Shown: one piece after another, positions 1 through 9,998 of the stretch
How positions within the stretch are numbered: the first letter of the stretch is position 1
Layout: each line of letters begins with the position of its first letter
Assembly (NCBI GenBank): GCA_963816355.1
Contig: CAWFKH010000006.1
Span: forward strand, 256,001-320,000
Direction of reading: 5' to 3'
DNA from: an uncultured Gemmatimonadales bacterium
GTDB taxonomy: Bacteria; Gemmatimonadota; Gemmatimonadetes; Longimicrobiales; RSA9
Length of the DNA: 64,000 nt
Notes under the pieces: model-generated
What the model saw: the letters and a program-made list of their open reading frames with translations, nothing else
Database searches by the model: none
What the model was told of the DNA's origin: nothing
Position numbers and translations under genes: made by a program

Positions 1-2
1 AC

Positions 3-554
3 GGCGAGGTCGCCGCGCGCGACGCCAGCAAGGACCTCGACGTTGGCAGCGGCTCGCAGATCGGCAGCGAGGCGGAGGGCGGCGAGCACCCGAAGCTGCA
101 CATCAAGGCGCAGTTCTTCTCTTCAGCGAAGGGCTACGACGACCTGCTGCGCTGGCACGGCTGGGGCGCGCTGCTGTCCCGGTCGCTGCGGGCCCGCGCC
201 GCCGAAGGGGCGCGCCGGCCGCACCCGCCCTCGTACTACCACATCGAGCCCGGCGACGGCGCCGCGCGGGCGGCGACGCGGATCTTCGAGCGCCAGGCGG
301 CGGCCGAGGGGCCCGACAGCGTCGTCTATTACCTGATGATGGGATCGCAGAACGAGGACTACCGCTCGGCGCTGCTCGACGGCGAAGTGCTGCTGCTGCT
401 CTCCCACTACGGCGCCGCCGTCGGCACCACCGACTTCGTGCTGCTGCCCAGCCTCTGCACGTGGGTCGACACCGTCGACGAGCTGCACCGCTACCTCCCG
501 CAGCGCAGCTTCTTCCTCCGCTGGGTCGCGCGCGCGACGCGGATCCTGTACTAG
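3..554 (+). CDS. Phospholipase D-like protein, 3' part (5' end outside window)
   Basis: Frame 3 is open from the window start. It contains HPKLHIKAQFF (HxK-like) and later GSQNEDYRSALLDGE, resembling the PLD GSxNxDxRSxxLxxE motif. Confidence 0.55.
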   Translation, partial: GEVAARDASKDLDVGSGSQIGSEAEGGEHPKLHIKAQFFSSAKGYDDLLRWHGWGALLSRSLRARAAEGARRPHPPSYYHIEPGDGAARAATRIFERQAAAEGPDSVVYYLMMGSQNEDYRSALLDGEVLLLLSHYGAAVGTTDFVLLPSLCTWVDTVDELHRYLPQRSFFLRWVARATRILY

Positions 555-604
555 CAGCGGCCCCGATCCCCCTAGGCCGGAACGGCCCCTCAGTCCGCGC
601 CTGA

Positions 605-639
605 GCGGCGTCCCCCGCGCGGAGGACGGGGGACGCCGC
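605..639. terminator. GC-rich hairpin between convergent genes
   Basis: 13-bp inverted repeat gcggcgtcccccg / cgggggacgccgc; no U-tract. Confidence 0.4.
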
Positions 640-646
640 CGGCTTC

Positions 647-1429
647 TCACCGCGCCGGCTCGAAGAGCGCGAACGCGCCGCCTTGCGGGTCCATGCACTG
701 GGCGATCCTGCCGCCGCCGGGCACGTCCATCGGTCCGTTCTGGACCTGGCCGCCGCCTGCGGCGACGCGCTCGAGCGCGCCGTCCAGGTCCGCGACGTTG
801 AAGTAGTAGAGCCAGTGCGGCGGCACGTTCAGCCGCTTCGCCATCTCGGACATGCCGCCGGCCGCCGCGTCCTGCGGCTCGTCCGCCTGACGGAACATGA
901 AGTAGACGCCGTCCTCGCCCATGTCGAACGACGAGGCGTGCCGCCAGCCGAAGAGGTCGGAGTAGAAGCTCCACGCCCCCGGCTGGTCCGTCGTGTTGAG
1001 CTCGTGCCATCCGACGACGCCGGTGCGCATCCGGTCCGGCGCCGGCATCGGCTCTCCCGCGGCGCGGAAGAGGGAGATCGCCGCACCCTGCGGATCGGTG
1101 ATGACGGCGAAGCGGCCGATCTCGGGGATGTCCGTGCCGGGCAGGCGGATCTGGCCGCCGAGCTCGCTCGCGCGCGCGGCGGCGGCGTCGACGTCGTCGA
1201 CGGCGACGTACGCCATCCAGTGCGGCGGCGCGGCGGCCTGACGCATCTGCGGCGTCAGCTCCATCATGCCGCCGATCGGCGCCTCCCCCGCCACCCACAT
1301 GAAGTACGGCTTGCCTCCGCCGTCCCAGCGTTGCAGCGACCAGCCGACCACGTCCATGTAGAACGCCTTCGCCGCGTCCACGTCGGTCGTCAGCAGGTCG
1401 TACCAGACGAAGCGCCCCTCCGTGCTCAT
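647..1429 (-). CDS. VOC/glyoxalase family protein, two domains
   Basis: FVWYDLLTTDVDAAKAFY and VGWHELNTTD repeats, GRFAVITDPQGA; AGGAGG RBS before the ATG at 1429. Confidence 0.9.
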   Translation of the reverse strand: MSTEGRFVWYDLLTTDVDAAKAFYMDVVGWSLQRWDGGGKPYFMWVAGEAPIGGMMELTPQMRQAAAPPHWMAYVAVDDVDAAAARASELGGQIRLPGTDIPEIGRFAVITDPQGAAISLFRAAGEPMPAPDRMRTGVVGWHELNTTDQPGAWSFYSDLFGWRHASSFDMGEDGVYFMFRQADEPQDAAAGGMSEMAKRLNVPPHWLYYFNVADLDGALERVAAGGGQVQNGPMDVPGGGRIAQCMDPQGGAFALFEPAR

Positions 1430-1650
1430 CGACACCTCCTCCGTTGGTCGTATACTCGCGAAGTGGCAGCCCGCGCGCCCCATGTCAAGCACCCATCCCG
1501 CAGCCCCATCCCGCAGGCCGATCCCGCAGTCCAATGCCGCCGTCCCGCTGGCGCCGCGCCCCACCCGTCCGCAGATTCGCCGGGTCGCGGACGCGCCCCC
1601 ACCGGCCGCCCGCCACTCCGTCCCGACTTCTCGAACCGAGTGGAACCGCC

Positions 1651-3735
1651 ATGCCACACCGCCGCCACCTCGTCGCCGTCGCCCTCCTCGCTCTTGCCCC
1701 GCTGCTCGCGCCGCCCGCCGTGCGCGCGCAGGGACGGCCCGGCGCCGGCCGGCCGGCGCAGCCCCGGCAGGCGGAGGACCCGCGCGCGTCGCAGACGGAA
1801 AAGCCGCCGCTGCACGCGCGCCACTGGCTCGCCATCACCGGGAAGCCGCTCTCCGCCACGGCGGGCGCGCTCGTCTTCGCGAAGGGCGGCAACGCCGTGG
1901 ACGCCGCGGTCGCGATGCTCGCGGCGGGCTGCACGATGTGGGACACGCTGTCGTGCGGCGGCGAGACGCAGGCGCTGATCTACGACCCGCACACGCGCAA
2001 GGTGATCGGCATCGATGCGCTCGGCGTCGCGCCGACCGGCGCGACCGCGGACTTCTACCACTCGAAAGGGTATCGCTTCCCGCCGGAGTACGGGCCGCTC
2101 GCCGCGGTGACGCCGGGGACGGTGGGCGGCATGCTGACGATGCTCGCGGAGTACGGCACGCTGCCGCTGAAGGAGGTGCTGGCGCCGGCGATCGAGATGG
2201 CGGACGGCTACCCGATGGAGGCGCAGCTCTCCCATACCATCGAGCACTACAAGGACTGGCTGAAGAAGTGGACGTACTCGCGCGCGACGATGCTGCCGCA
2301 CCTCGGCTCCGCCTACGAGGCGCCGCGGCCGGGCGAGATCTTCGTGCAGAAGGACCTGGCCCAAACGTGGCGAAAGCTGGTGGAGGCGGAGCAGCAGGCG
2401 CTGGCGGCGGGCAAGGACCGCAAGGCAGCGATCTACGCCGCCTACGACCGCTTCTACAAGGGCGACATCGCGCGCGAGCTCGTGCGCGGCGCGCAGGAGG
2501 AGGGCGGCCTCATCACGATGCAGGACCTCGCGCGCTGGAAGGTGAAGATCGAGGAGCCGCTCCACACGTCCTACAAGGGGATCGAGGTCTACAAGCTCCC
2601 GATCTGGCAGCAGGGTCCCGTGATGCTGCAGGCGCTGAACCTGCTCGAGAACGTGCCGGACCTGAAGGGGCTCGGCTACAACTCGGCGCGCTACATCCAC
2701 GCCCTCTACCAGGTGATGAACCTCGCCTACGCCGACCGCGACTTCTACTACGGCGACCCCTACTTCCCGCCCGCGGAGCCGGTCGCCGGGCTGCTGTCGA
2801 AGGACTACGCCCGCGCGCGCTTCGGCGAGATCGACTGGAAGAGGAACGACCCGGACGTGAAGCCGGGTGATCCGTACCGGTTCCAGGAGGGCACCAATCC
2901 ATTCCCCGAGCTGCTCGCCGCCTGGGACCCGCGGCGCTTCGTCCCCGCCGACGAGCGCACGCGGAGCGGCGGCCAGGACCGCGCTCCGGGCGCGGCCCGA
3001 GACACCACCGCCGCGGAGCGCGACACCACCGCCGCGGAGCGCGACACCACCGGCGCGCGCGGCGCCGCCGGCGCGGAGCGCATGTCCGGCACCGCCGAAT
3101 TCCTGCCGCAGGACGCGACGCCGGCGGACTCCGCCCACGCGGCCGAATTCTACGCGGGGACCACGTCGATCGAAGCGGCGGACGCGGAGGGCTGGATCGT
3201 GTCGATCACGCCGAGCGGCGGCTGGGTCCCGGCGGTGATCGCCGGCCACACGGGGATCGGCCTCAGCGAGCGTGCGCAGAGCTTCGTCACGCGCCCCGAA
3301 GACGGGCCGTACAACGTGATCGAGCCGGGCAAGCGGCCGCGCGTGACGCTGACGCCGACGATCGCGCTGAAGGACGGTGCGCCGTACCTCGCGATGGCCG
3401 TACAGGGCGGCGATTCGCAGGACCAGAACCTGCTCCAGTTCTTCCTGAACGTGGTCGAGTTCGGCATGACGGTGCAGCAGGCGGTCGAGGCGCCGAACAT
3501 CAACAGCTTTCAGATGCTGTCGTCGTTCGGGATGCACGAGAACCGGCCGGGGCGGATGCTGGTGGCGACGTCGCTGCCGGACTCCACGCGCGACGCGCTG
3601 CGCGCCATGGGCTACACGCTTCAGCTCGCGCCGCGCACTTCCGGCCCGATCAACGCGATCTTCTTCGACGCCGCGCACCACAGCATGTGGGGCGGCTCGA
3701 GCAATCACGGCGAGGACTACGGCATCGGCTGGTGA
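1651..3735 (+). CDS. ggt: Gamma-glutamyltransferase family protein, exported
   Basis: Signal peptide, GGNAVDAAVA, GTTSIEAAD (Thr nucleophile), PGKRPRVTLTP, QGGDSQDQ. Confidence 0.9.
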   Translation: MPHRRHLVAVALLALAPLLAPPAVRAQGRPGAGRPAQPRQAEDPRASQTEKPPLHARHWLAITGKPLSATAGALVFAKGGNAVDAAVAMLAAGCTMWDTLSCGGETQALIYDPHTRKVIGIDALGVAPTGATADFYHSKGYRFPPEYGPLAAVTPGTVGGMLTMLAEYGTLPLKEVLAPAIEMADGYPMEAQLSHTIEHYKDWLKKWTYSRATMLPHLGSAYEAPRPGEIFVQKDLAQTWRKLVEAEQQALAAGKDRKAAIYAAYDRFYKGDIARELVRGAQEEGGLITMQDLARWKVKIEEPLHTSYKGIEVYKLPIWQQGPVMLQALNLLENVPDLKGLGYNSARYIHALYQVMNLAYADRDFYYGDPYFPPAEPVAGLLSKDYARARFGEIDWKRNDPDVKPGDPYRFQEGTNPFPELLAAWDPRRFVPADERTRSGGQDRAPGAARDTTAAERDTTAAERDTTGARGAAGAERMSGTAEFLPQDATPADSAHAAEFYAGTTSIEAADAEGWIVSITPSGGWVPAVIAGHTGIGLSERAQSFVTRPEDGPYNVIEPGKRPRVTLTPTIALKDGAPYLAMAVQGGDSQDQNLLQFFLNVVEFGMTVQQAVEAPNINSFQMLSSFGMHENRPGRMLVATSLPDSTRDALRAMGYTLQLAPRTSGPINAIFFDAAHHSMWGGSSNHGEDYGIGW
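3001..3052 (+). repeat. 21-bp in-frame tandem repeat encoding DTTAAER, ~2.5 copies
   Basis: gacaccaccgccgcggagcgc twice plus a partial copy. Confidence 0.9.
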
Positions 3736-3756
3736 GGGGGGCGCGCCGCCACCGCC

Positions 3757-4227
3757 TCACTCCTCGGCGGCGCGCTGCCGTGCGGCGTACAGGTAGCCGG
3801 GCTGCAGGTCCAGCAGGTTGGCGATCCGGCGCAGCAGGTACGCCTCGTGCTTCGCGATGCGGCCGTCCGCGAGGATCACGCCCCACATGATCTCCGCCAG
3901 TAGCGTCTTCTGCCCGAGGTCGTAGTTCGTGCGCACCAGGTGCGTGAACTGGTAGAGGTCGATCGCCGACGCGCGCTCCGCCTCCGCCAGCTCGATCAGT
4001 TCCTGCGCCGTCGCCTCGTCCAGCGCGAAGTGGCGGCGCAGCACCGCCTCGATGTGCATCCGCTCCGCGTCGCTGAACTCGTCGTCGGCGTGCGCGAGCT
4101 CCAGCAGCAGCGCGCACGCGGCGATGTGCACGCGGCGGTGCTCCTCGTCTTCCGAGCCGGCCGGACGGTCGGCGGCGGCGTCGGCCGAGATCCGCCGGTG
4201 GAAGAACGCTCGAATCGGATCGATCAT
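3757..4227 (-). CDS. TerB family protein
   Basis: ALLLELAHADDEFSDAE and VILADGRIAKHEAYLLRRIANLL motifs. Confidence 0.85.
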   Translation of the reverse strand: MIDPIRAFFHRRISADAAADRPAGSEDEEHRRVHIAACALLLELAHADDEFSDAERMHIEAVLRRHFALDEATAQELIELAEAERASAIDLYQFTHLVRTNYDLGQKTLLAEIMWGVILADGRIAKHEAYLLRRIANLLDLQPGYLYAARQRAAEE

Positions 4228-4378
4228 GGAGTCATCATGGCCCGTCTGCCCCACGCGCGGCAAGCCGGCGCCGCCGCCTCCGCCCGCCTTCGCCCGGCTG
4301 ACCCGCCGTTGAAACCGATCGCGGCCGGGCGCCGTACGGCTTCCGGAACCAGCCGGCCCCTTCCGATCGGGTAGGACC

Positions 4379-6835
4379 ATGGCCTCATCCGGCGGCATCC
4401 TCGCCAGCGTTCGCCAAGACCTCCGCTTCGCTCTGAGGGCGCTGCGCAGGAGTCCCGGCTTCACCGCGGTGGCGCTCCTCACGCTCGCGCTCGGCATCGG
4501 CGCGAACAGCGCCATCTTCAGCGTGGTCGACGGCGTGCTGCTGCGGCCGCTGCCGTACCGCCAGCCGGACCGTCTCGTCTACCTCTACAGCCAGTTCCCC
4601 ACGCTCGGCTTCGACGAGTTCTGGGTCTCGCCGCCGGAGTACCGCGACCTGCAGGAGCGCGCGCGCTCGTTCAGCTCGATCGGCGCGTGGCGCACCGGGC
4701 GCGTCAACGTGGCCGGCGCGGAGGATCCCCTCCGCGTCACCTCCGCGATCGCGAGCGCGGAGCTCTTCACTGCGCTCGGTGTCTCGCCGGAGAGGGGGCG
4801 CGCGTTCACCGCGGACGAGGACCGCCCGGACGGACCCGCGGTCGCGGTGATCTCGGACGGCCTGTGGCGGCGCGCGTTCGGCGGCGATCCGGGCCTCGTG
4901 GGCAGCCGCGTCCAGATCGACGGCGCCCCGACGACGATCACCGGCGTGATGCCGCCCGGCTTCGACATCGAGGACGCCGGCGTGGACGTGTGGGTTCCCG
5001 CGCAGATCGGCCCCCATCCCACGAACCGCGGTTCGCATTACCTGCACCTGGTGGGCCGTCTCGCTCCGGGCGCCACGCTGGAGGGCGCGCGGTCGGAGAT
5101 GGCGTCGCTCCTGGCGAGCTGGCGCGAGGTCGTTCCCGCCGGTCACGTGCCGGATCCGGAGCGTCACCCGATCCGCATGCGCAGCCTGAAGGTGCAGATG
5201 ACGGGCGGCGTGCAGACGGCGCTGTTGCTGCTCCTCGCCGCCGTCGGCCTCGTGCTGCTGATCGCGGTGGCGAACGTCGGCAACCTGCTGCTCGCCCGCT
5301 CGGAGGGGCGGCGCCGCGAGGTGGCCGTGCGCGTCGCGATCGGCGCCGGGCGGCGTCGTCTGATCCGGCAGTTCCTGACCGAGAGCCTCGTGCTCGCCGC
5401 GATCGGCGGCGGCTTCGGTCTGCTGCTCGGCTGGGGCGGGCTGCACCTGCTGCTGGCGCGCGCCGGAGACAGCATTCCGCGCACCGGCGAGGTGGGCCTC
5501 GACGGCCGCGTCCTGCTGGCGACGCTCGCGGTGTCGCTCGTCGCCGGGCTGCTTTTCGGCCTGGCGCCGCTGCTCCACCTCACCGGCGGCTCGATGGCGA
5601 CGTCGCTCCGCGAGAGCGACCGGCGCAGCACCGCCGGCCACGCCCGCCAGCGACTGCGCCGCGGCCTGGTCGTGGCGGAGGTGGCGCTCGCCGCGATGCT
5701 CGTCGTCGGCTCCGGTCTGCTCATCCGGAGCCTGGGAACGCTGCAGCGCGTCGACCCCGGCTTCGAGGCGCGCGGCCTCCTCACGTTCCAGCTCTACCTC
5801 CCGCCGGCGCGCTACCGGGACGCGGCCGCGGCGAGCGCCTTCTACGCGTCGCTGCTCCAGCGCATCGACGCGCTGCCCGGCGTGCGTGCGGCCGCCGCGA
5901 TGAGCGGCCTGCCGCCGCTGCGCAACGTGGACGCCAACGACACCGAGTTCGAGGGGGTCGAACGCTCGCCGGACCGCCCCTTCAACGTCGACTACTACCA
6001 GACGGTGCAGGGGGAGTACTTCGCGACGATGGGGATCCCGATCGTCGCGGGCCGGGGCTTCCAGCCCGGCGACGACGCGAACGGCGCGCCCGTCCTGCTG
6101 ATCAACGAGACGCTCGCGCGCATGTACTATCCGGACCGCGACCCGATCGGCCGCCGCATCCAGCCGAGCGGCGCGCCGTTCTGGCTCACCATCGTCGGCG
6201 TGGTGAAGGACGTGAAGCAGGGCGGCCTCTCGGAGAAGACCGGCACGGAGCTGTACTTCAACGCCCCGCAGGTGGCGGCCGCCGGCATCCCGCAGCGCAC
6301 CATGAACATCGTGGTGCGGACGTCGGGACCGCCGCTCTCGCTCGCCGGCGAGGTCCGCGGCGTGGTGGGCGAGATGGACGCCTCGCTCCCCGTCGCGCAC
6401 CTCCAGACGATGGAGCAGAACATCGCGGACACGCTGCAGCAGCCGCGCTTCCTCACGCTGCTGCTCGCCCTCTTCGCGGCGCTTGCGCTCGCGCTCGCCG
6501 CCGTGGGCACCTACGGCGTCCTCGCGTACTCGGTCGCCGAGCGGCGCCACGAGATCGGCATCCGCATGGCGATGGGCGCGCAAGCCGGCGACGTGCTCGG
6601 CATGGTGCTGGGGAACGGCCTCGCGCTGGCCGGTTCCGGCCTGGCGCTGGGGCTGCTCGGCGCGCTCGCGCTCACGCGCCTCATGCGATCGCTCCTCTTC
6701 GGCGTGAGCACGACCGACGCGACGACGCTGCTGCTGGCGCCGCTCGTCCTCGCCCTCGTCGCCGCCGGCGCCTGCGCCATCCCCGCCCTTCGCGCCACGC
6801 GCGTCGATCCAGCCCACATCCTGCGCGAGGAGTAG
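4379..6835 (+). CDS. ABC transporter permease, duplicated FtsX/MacB type (ADOP-like)
   Basis: [37 protein letters not shown]-x-x-V/IRxAxGA twice, C-terminal RATRVDP. Confidence 0.92.
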   Translation: MASSGGILASVRQDLRFALRALRRSPGFTAVALLTLALGIGANSAIFSVVDGVLLRPLPYRQPDRLVYLYSQFPTLGFDEFWVSPPEYRDLQERARSFSSIGAWRTGRVNVAGAEDPLRVTSAIASAELFTALGVSPERGRAFTADEDRPDGPAVAVISDGLWRRAFGGDPGLVGSRVQIDGAPTTITGVMPPGFDIEDAGVDVWVPAQIGPHPTNRGSHYLHLVGRLAPGATLEGARSEMASLLASWREVVPAGHVPDPERHPIRMRSLKVQMTGGVQTALLLLLAAVGLVLLIAVANVGNLLLARSEGRRREVAVRVAIGAGRRRLIRQFLTESLVLAAIGGGFGLLLGWGGLHLLLARAGDSIPRTGEVGLDGRVLLATLAVSLVAGLLFGLAPLLHLTGGSMATSLRESDRRSTAGHARQRLRRGLVVAEVALAAMLVVGSGLLIRSLGTLQRVDPGFEARGLLTFQLYLPPARYRDAAAASAFYASLLQRIDALPGVRAAAAMSGLPPLRNVDANDTEFEGVERSPDRPFNVDYYQTVQGEYFATMGIPIVAGRGFQPGDDANGAPVLLINETLARMYYPDRDPIGRRIQPSGAPFWLTIVGVVKDVKQGGLSEKTGTELYFNAPQVAAAGIPQRTMNIVVRTSGPPLSLAGEVRGVVGEMDASLPVAHLQTMEQNIADTLQQPRFLTLLLALFAALALALAAVGTYGVLAYSVAERRHEIGIRMAMGAQAGDVLGMVLGNGLALAGSGLALGLLGALALTRLMRSLLFGVSTTDATTLLLAPLVLALVAAGACAIPALRATRVDPAHILREE

Positions 6836-6837
6836 CG

Positions 6838-9258
6838 ATGAACACGCTGCGAGCCGACCTGCGCTACGCCGTCCGCACGCTCGCCCGCACGCCGGGACCG
6901 GCCCTCGTCGCCGCCGTCGCCCTCGCGCTCGGGATCGGCCTCACCACCACGATGTTCAGCATCATCTACGGCGGCATCATGCAGGGCCTGCCGTACCCCG
7001 GCGGCGACCGCATCGCGGTCGTGATGCGCTCCAGCCAGGCGCGCGGCGTCCAGCGCAGCTCGCTCCCGATCCAGGACCTCTACGACTATCGCGCGCAGCA
7101 GAGGAGCTTCACCGCGCTCGGCGGCTACACCTCCGGTACGGTGAACGTCAGCGGCACCGAGCGGGCGGAGCGCTTCGACGGCACGTGGGCGACGGCGGAC
7201 GTGTTCCGCGCCCTCGGCGTGCCGCCGCTGCTGGGCCGCACCTTCAGCCCGGAGGAGGCCGCCCCGGGCGGCGCGAAGGTGGTCGTGCTCGGCTACGACG
7301 TCTGGCGCGAGCGCTACGCATCGGACCCCTCGATCCTCGGCCGCTCTCTCCGCGTGAACGGCGATCCGTACACCGTGATCGGCGTCATGCCGCAGGGCTT
7401 CGACTTCCCGGACGGCACCACGATCTGGCTGCCGCTGCAGACCGACCCGCTCGCCGGCAAGCGCGGCGAGGGGCAGTTCCTGGTGGGAATCGGCAAGCTG
7501 AAGCCGGGGGTGAGCTTCCAGGAGGCGACGGCCGACGTCGCCGCCACCGCGCGCCGCCTCGCGGTCCAGTATCCGGAGGCGGACAGCGCCTTCACCGCCA
7601 CCGCCCTCACGTACCCGGACTGGTCGATCGGGCCGCAGCCGCGACACCTGCTCTACACCATGCTCGGCGCCGTCATCTTCGTGTTGCTGATCGCCTGCGC
7701 GAACGTCGCCAACCTGCTCCTCGACCGCGCCGCCCACCGCACGCGCGAGGTCGGCATCCGCGCCGCGCTCGGCGCCACGCGCGCGCAGGTCGTGCGCCTC
7801 TTCCTGACGGAGTCGAGCGTGCTCGCGTTCGCCGGCGTCGCCCTCGGCGTCGTCCTCGCCTGGTTCGGCGTGCACGCCTTCAACCGCGCGATCGCCGACA
7901 CCGGCGTCCCCTCCTACATCCGCATCGGCCTCTACCCGCCGGTCCTCCTCTTCGCCCTCGGCGCGGGCCTGCTGGCCAGCCTCGCCTCCGGCGTGATCCC
8001 CGCCCTGCAGTCCTCCCGCACCGATGTCGCGGAGGTGCTGAAGGACGAATCGCGCGGCTCCTCCGGTCTGCACATCGGCCGCCTGAGCCGCGGCCTCGTG
8101 ATGCTGGAGATCGCGCTCTCCTGCGCCCTGCTCCTCGCCGCCGGCCTGATGGTGAAGAGCGTGATGCGGCTGCGGAACATGGATCCCGGCTTCGCCACCG
8201 CCTCCGTCTTCACCGCGCGCATCGGCTACCCCGAGGCGTACACCGACACGCTGCGCCAGAAGCGCTTCTTCCGGCAGTTGAACGAGCGACTCGCGACGAT
8301 CCCGGGTGTGCGCGCCGCGGCCATCAGCTCCGGCCTGCCCGGCGCGTCGCAGGGCCTCGGCGGCGGCCGCTTCGCGATCGACGGGAAGAGCTACGCCCGC
8401 CCGTCCGACTACCCGCTCACGCGCACGGCTTCGGTCACGCCCTCCTTCTTCGCCACGCTCCAGATCCCGCTCGCGCGCGGCCGGCTCCTGAACGACGGCG
8501 ACCGCGACGGTACGGCGCCCGTCGCCGTCGTCACGCAGCACTTCGCCGACCGCTACCTCGCGGACGGCGACGCGCTCGGCCGCCGCATCCGCTTCGGCGG
8601 AGCAGACAGCGAGGAGCCGTGGATCACGATCGTCGGCGTCGTCCCCGACATCTTCGGCGGCGACCCGGAAGACCCGCGGCCGCCGGTCGTCTTCCGGCCG
8701 CTGGCCCAGGCCCACTCCAATTTCGTCTACATCTCCGCGCGCGCCGCCGGCTCGCCGATGGCGCTCACCGCGCAGATCCGGGACGCGGCCGCCGCGCTCG
8801 AGCCGGACCTGCCCCTCTACTGGATCATGCCGCTCGATCGGGCGATCGCCAAGGAGCTGTGGTTCGTCCGCGTCTTCGGCACGATGTTCATGATCTTCGG
8901 CGCCGTCGCACTCTTCCTCGCCGCCGTCGGCCTCTACGCGGTGATGTCGTTCTCCGTGAGCCGCCGCACGCGCGAGGTCGGCATCCGCATGGCGCTCGGC
9001 GCGCGGACCGGCCGCGTCGTGCGCATGATCCTGCGCCAGGGGATCGTCCAGCTCGCCGTCGGCATGACGATCGGCCTCGCCCTCGCGATCGGCATCTCCC
9101 GCCTGCTGGCGATCATCCTCTTCGACGTGCAGCCGCGCGACCCGTTCGTCTTCATCGCCGTCGCCACCACGCTCGCCCTCACCGGCGTCCTGGCCAGCTT
9201 CGTTCCGGCGCTGCGCGCGACTCGCGTGCAGCCGCAGGATGCGCTACGCTCGGAGTGA
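6838..9258 (+). CDS. ABC transporter permease (ADOP-like)
   Basis: ATG 2 nt after the upstream stop; MNTLRADLRYAVRTL, IACANVANLLL, REVGIRMALGA. Confidence 0.92.
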   Translation: MNTLRADLRYAVRTLARTPGPALVAAVALALGIGLTTTMFSIIYGGIMQGLPYPGGDRIAVVMRSSQARGVQRSSLPIQDLYDYRAQQRSFTALGGYTSGTVNVSGTERAERFDGTWATADVFRALGVPPLLGRTFSPEEAAPGGAKVVVLGYDVWRERYASDPSILGRSLRVNGDPYTVIGVMPQGFDFPDGTTIWLPLQTDPLAGKRGEGQFLVGIGKLKPGVSFQEATADVAATARRLAVQYPEADSAFTATALTYPDWSIGPQPRHLLYTMLGAVIFVLLIACANVANLLLDRAAHRTREVGIRAALGATRAQVVRLFLTESSVLAFAGVALGVVLAWFGVHAFNRAIADTGVPSYIRIGLYPPVLLFALGAGLLASLASGVIPALQSSRTDVAEVLKDESRGSSGLHIGRLSRGLVMLEIALSCALLLAAGLMVKSVMRLRNMDPGFATASVFTARIGYPEAYTDTLRQKRFFRQLNERLATIPGVRAAAISSGLPGASQGLGGGRFAIDGKSYARPSDYPLTRTASVTPSFFATLQIPLARGRLLNDGDRDGTAPVAVVTQHFADRYLADGDALGRRIRFGGADSEEPWITIVGVVPDIFGGDPEDPRPPVVFRPLAQAHSNFVYISARAAGSPMALTAQIRDAAAALEPDLPLYWIMPLDRAIAKELWFVRVFGTMFMIFGAVALFLAAVGLYAVMSFSVSRRTREVGIRMALGARTGRVVRMILRQGIVQLAVGMTIGLALAIGISRLLAIILFDVQPRDPFVFIAVATTLALTGVLASFVPALRATRVQPQDALRSE

Positions 9259-9476
9259 GGAGGGCGCGGGGGCGGTGGAGGTCGGCGGTGGGCCGACGGC
9301 CGCGGCCAGCGTAGCGCCGCTTCGCGGTCGGGCGGCGCTCGCGAACAGCGGTTTCACGCGGAGGACGCGGTGGGCGCGGAGGGGCCACGTCCGCCGCGTC
9401 CCCCGCGTGAACATTCGCTGCCTGCCGCGGGTCTCATCCCGGGCACGTATCGAAACCCTGAAAGGAGCGTGCACCG

Positions 9477-9968
9477 ATGAGGAAGACGTGGATGCTGGCC
9501 GCGGCGACGACTTTGCTGCTGCCGGCCGGGCTGCTCGCACAGAACCCGCCGCAACGGCAACGCGGGATGATGCGGCGCGATCCGGTGCAGATGGTGCTGG
9601 AGCAGAAGGACACGCTGAAGCTGAGCGATGCCCAGGTGAAGCGGATCCAGGCGATCCAGGCGGATCTTCAGAAGAAGAACGATCCGCTCATGGAGAAGGT
9701 ACAGGCGGCGCGCGCGAAGTACGGCAACCCGCCCACTGACGACGAGCGCGCGAAGATGCGGGAGGAGATGGGTCCGATGATGCGGGAGCTGCGGTCCAAC
9801 ACGCAGACCGCGATGGACGCCGTCCTCGAGCTGCTCGACGCCAGACAGCAGAAGATGGTGCAGGAAATGACGCCGCGGCGGCCGGGCGGCGGGGAACGGC
9901 CGCCGGCTTCGTTTTCGGCCGTGCAACGCGAGCGCGCGCCCGATCATCTAAAGTGTGTCATGGGCTGA
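9477..9968 (+). CDS. Exported helical protein, Spy/CpxP-like
   Basis: Signal peptide, LKLSDAQ and LLDARQQ (LTxxQ-like) motifs, AAGGAG RBS. Confidence 0.6.
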   Translation: MRKTWMLAAATTLLLPAGLLAQNPPQRQRGMMRRDPVQMVLEQKDTLKLSDAQVKRIQAIQADLQKKNDPLMEKVQAARAKYGNPPTDDERAKMREEMGPMMRELRSNTQTAMDAVLELLDARQQKMVQEMTPRRPGGGERPPASFSAVQRERAPDHLKCVMG

Positions 9969-9998
9969 GAGCGGCGAACCTGCCACGGAGTCGACGGC

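Noticed and set aside
4687..9258. 1523-aa ORF suggesting a giant fused permease
   Set aside because: The first ~700 aa are an off-frame Arg-rich shadow of the upstream permease. The real gene starts at 6838.
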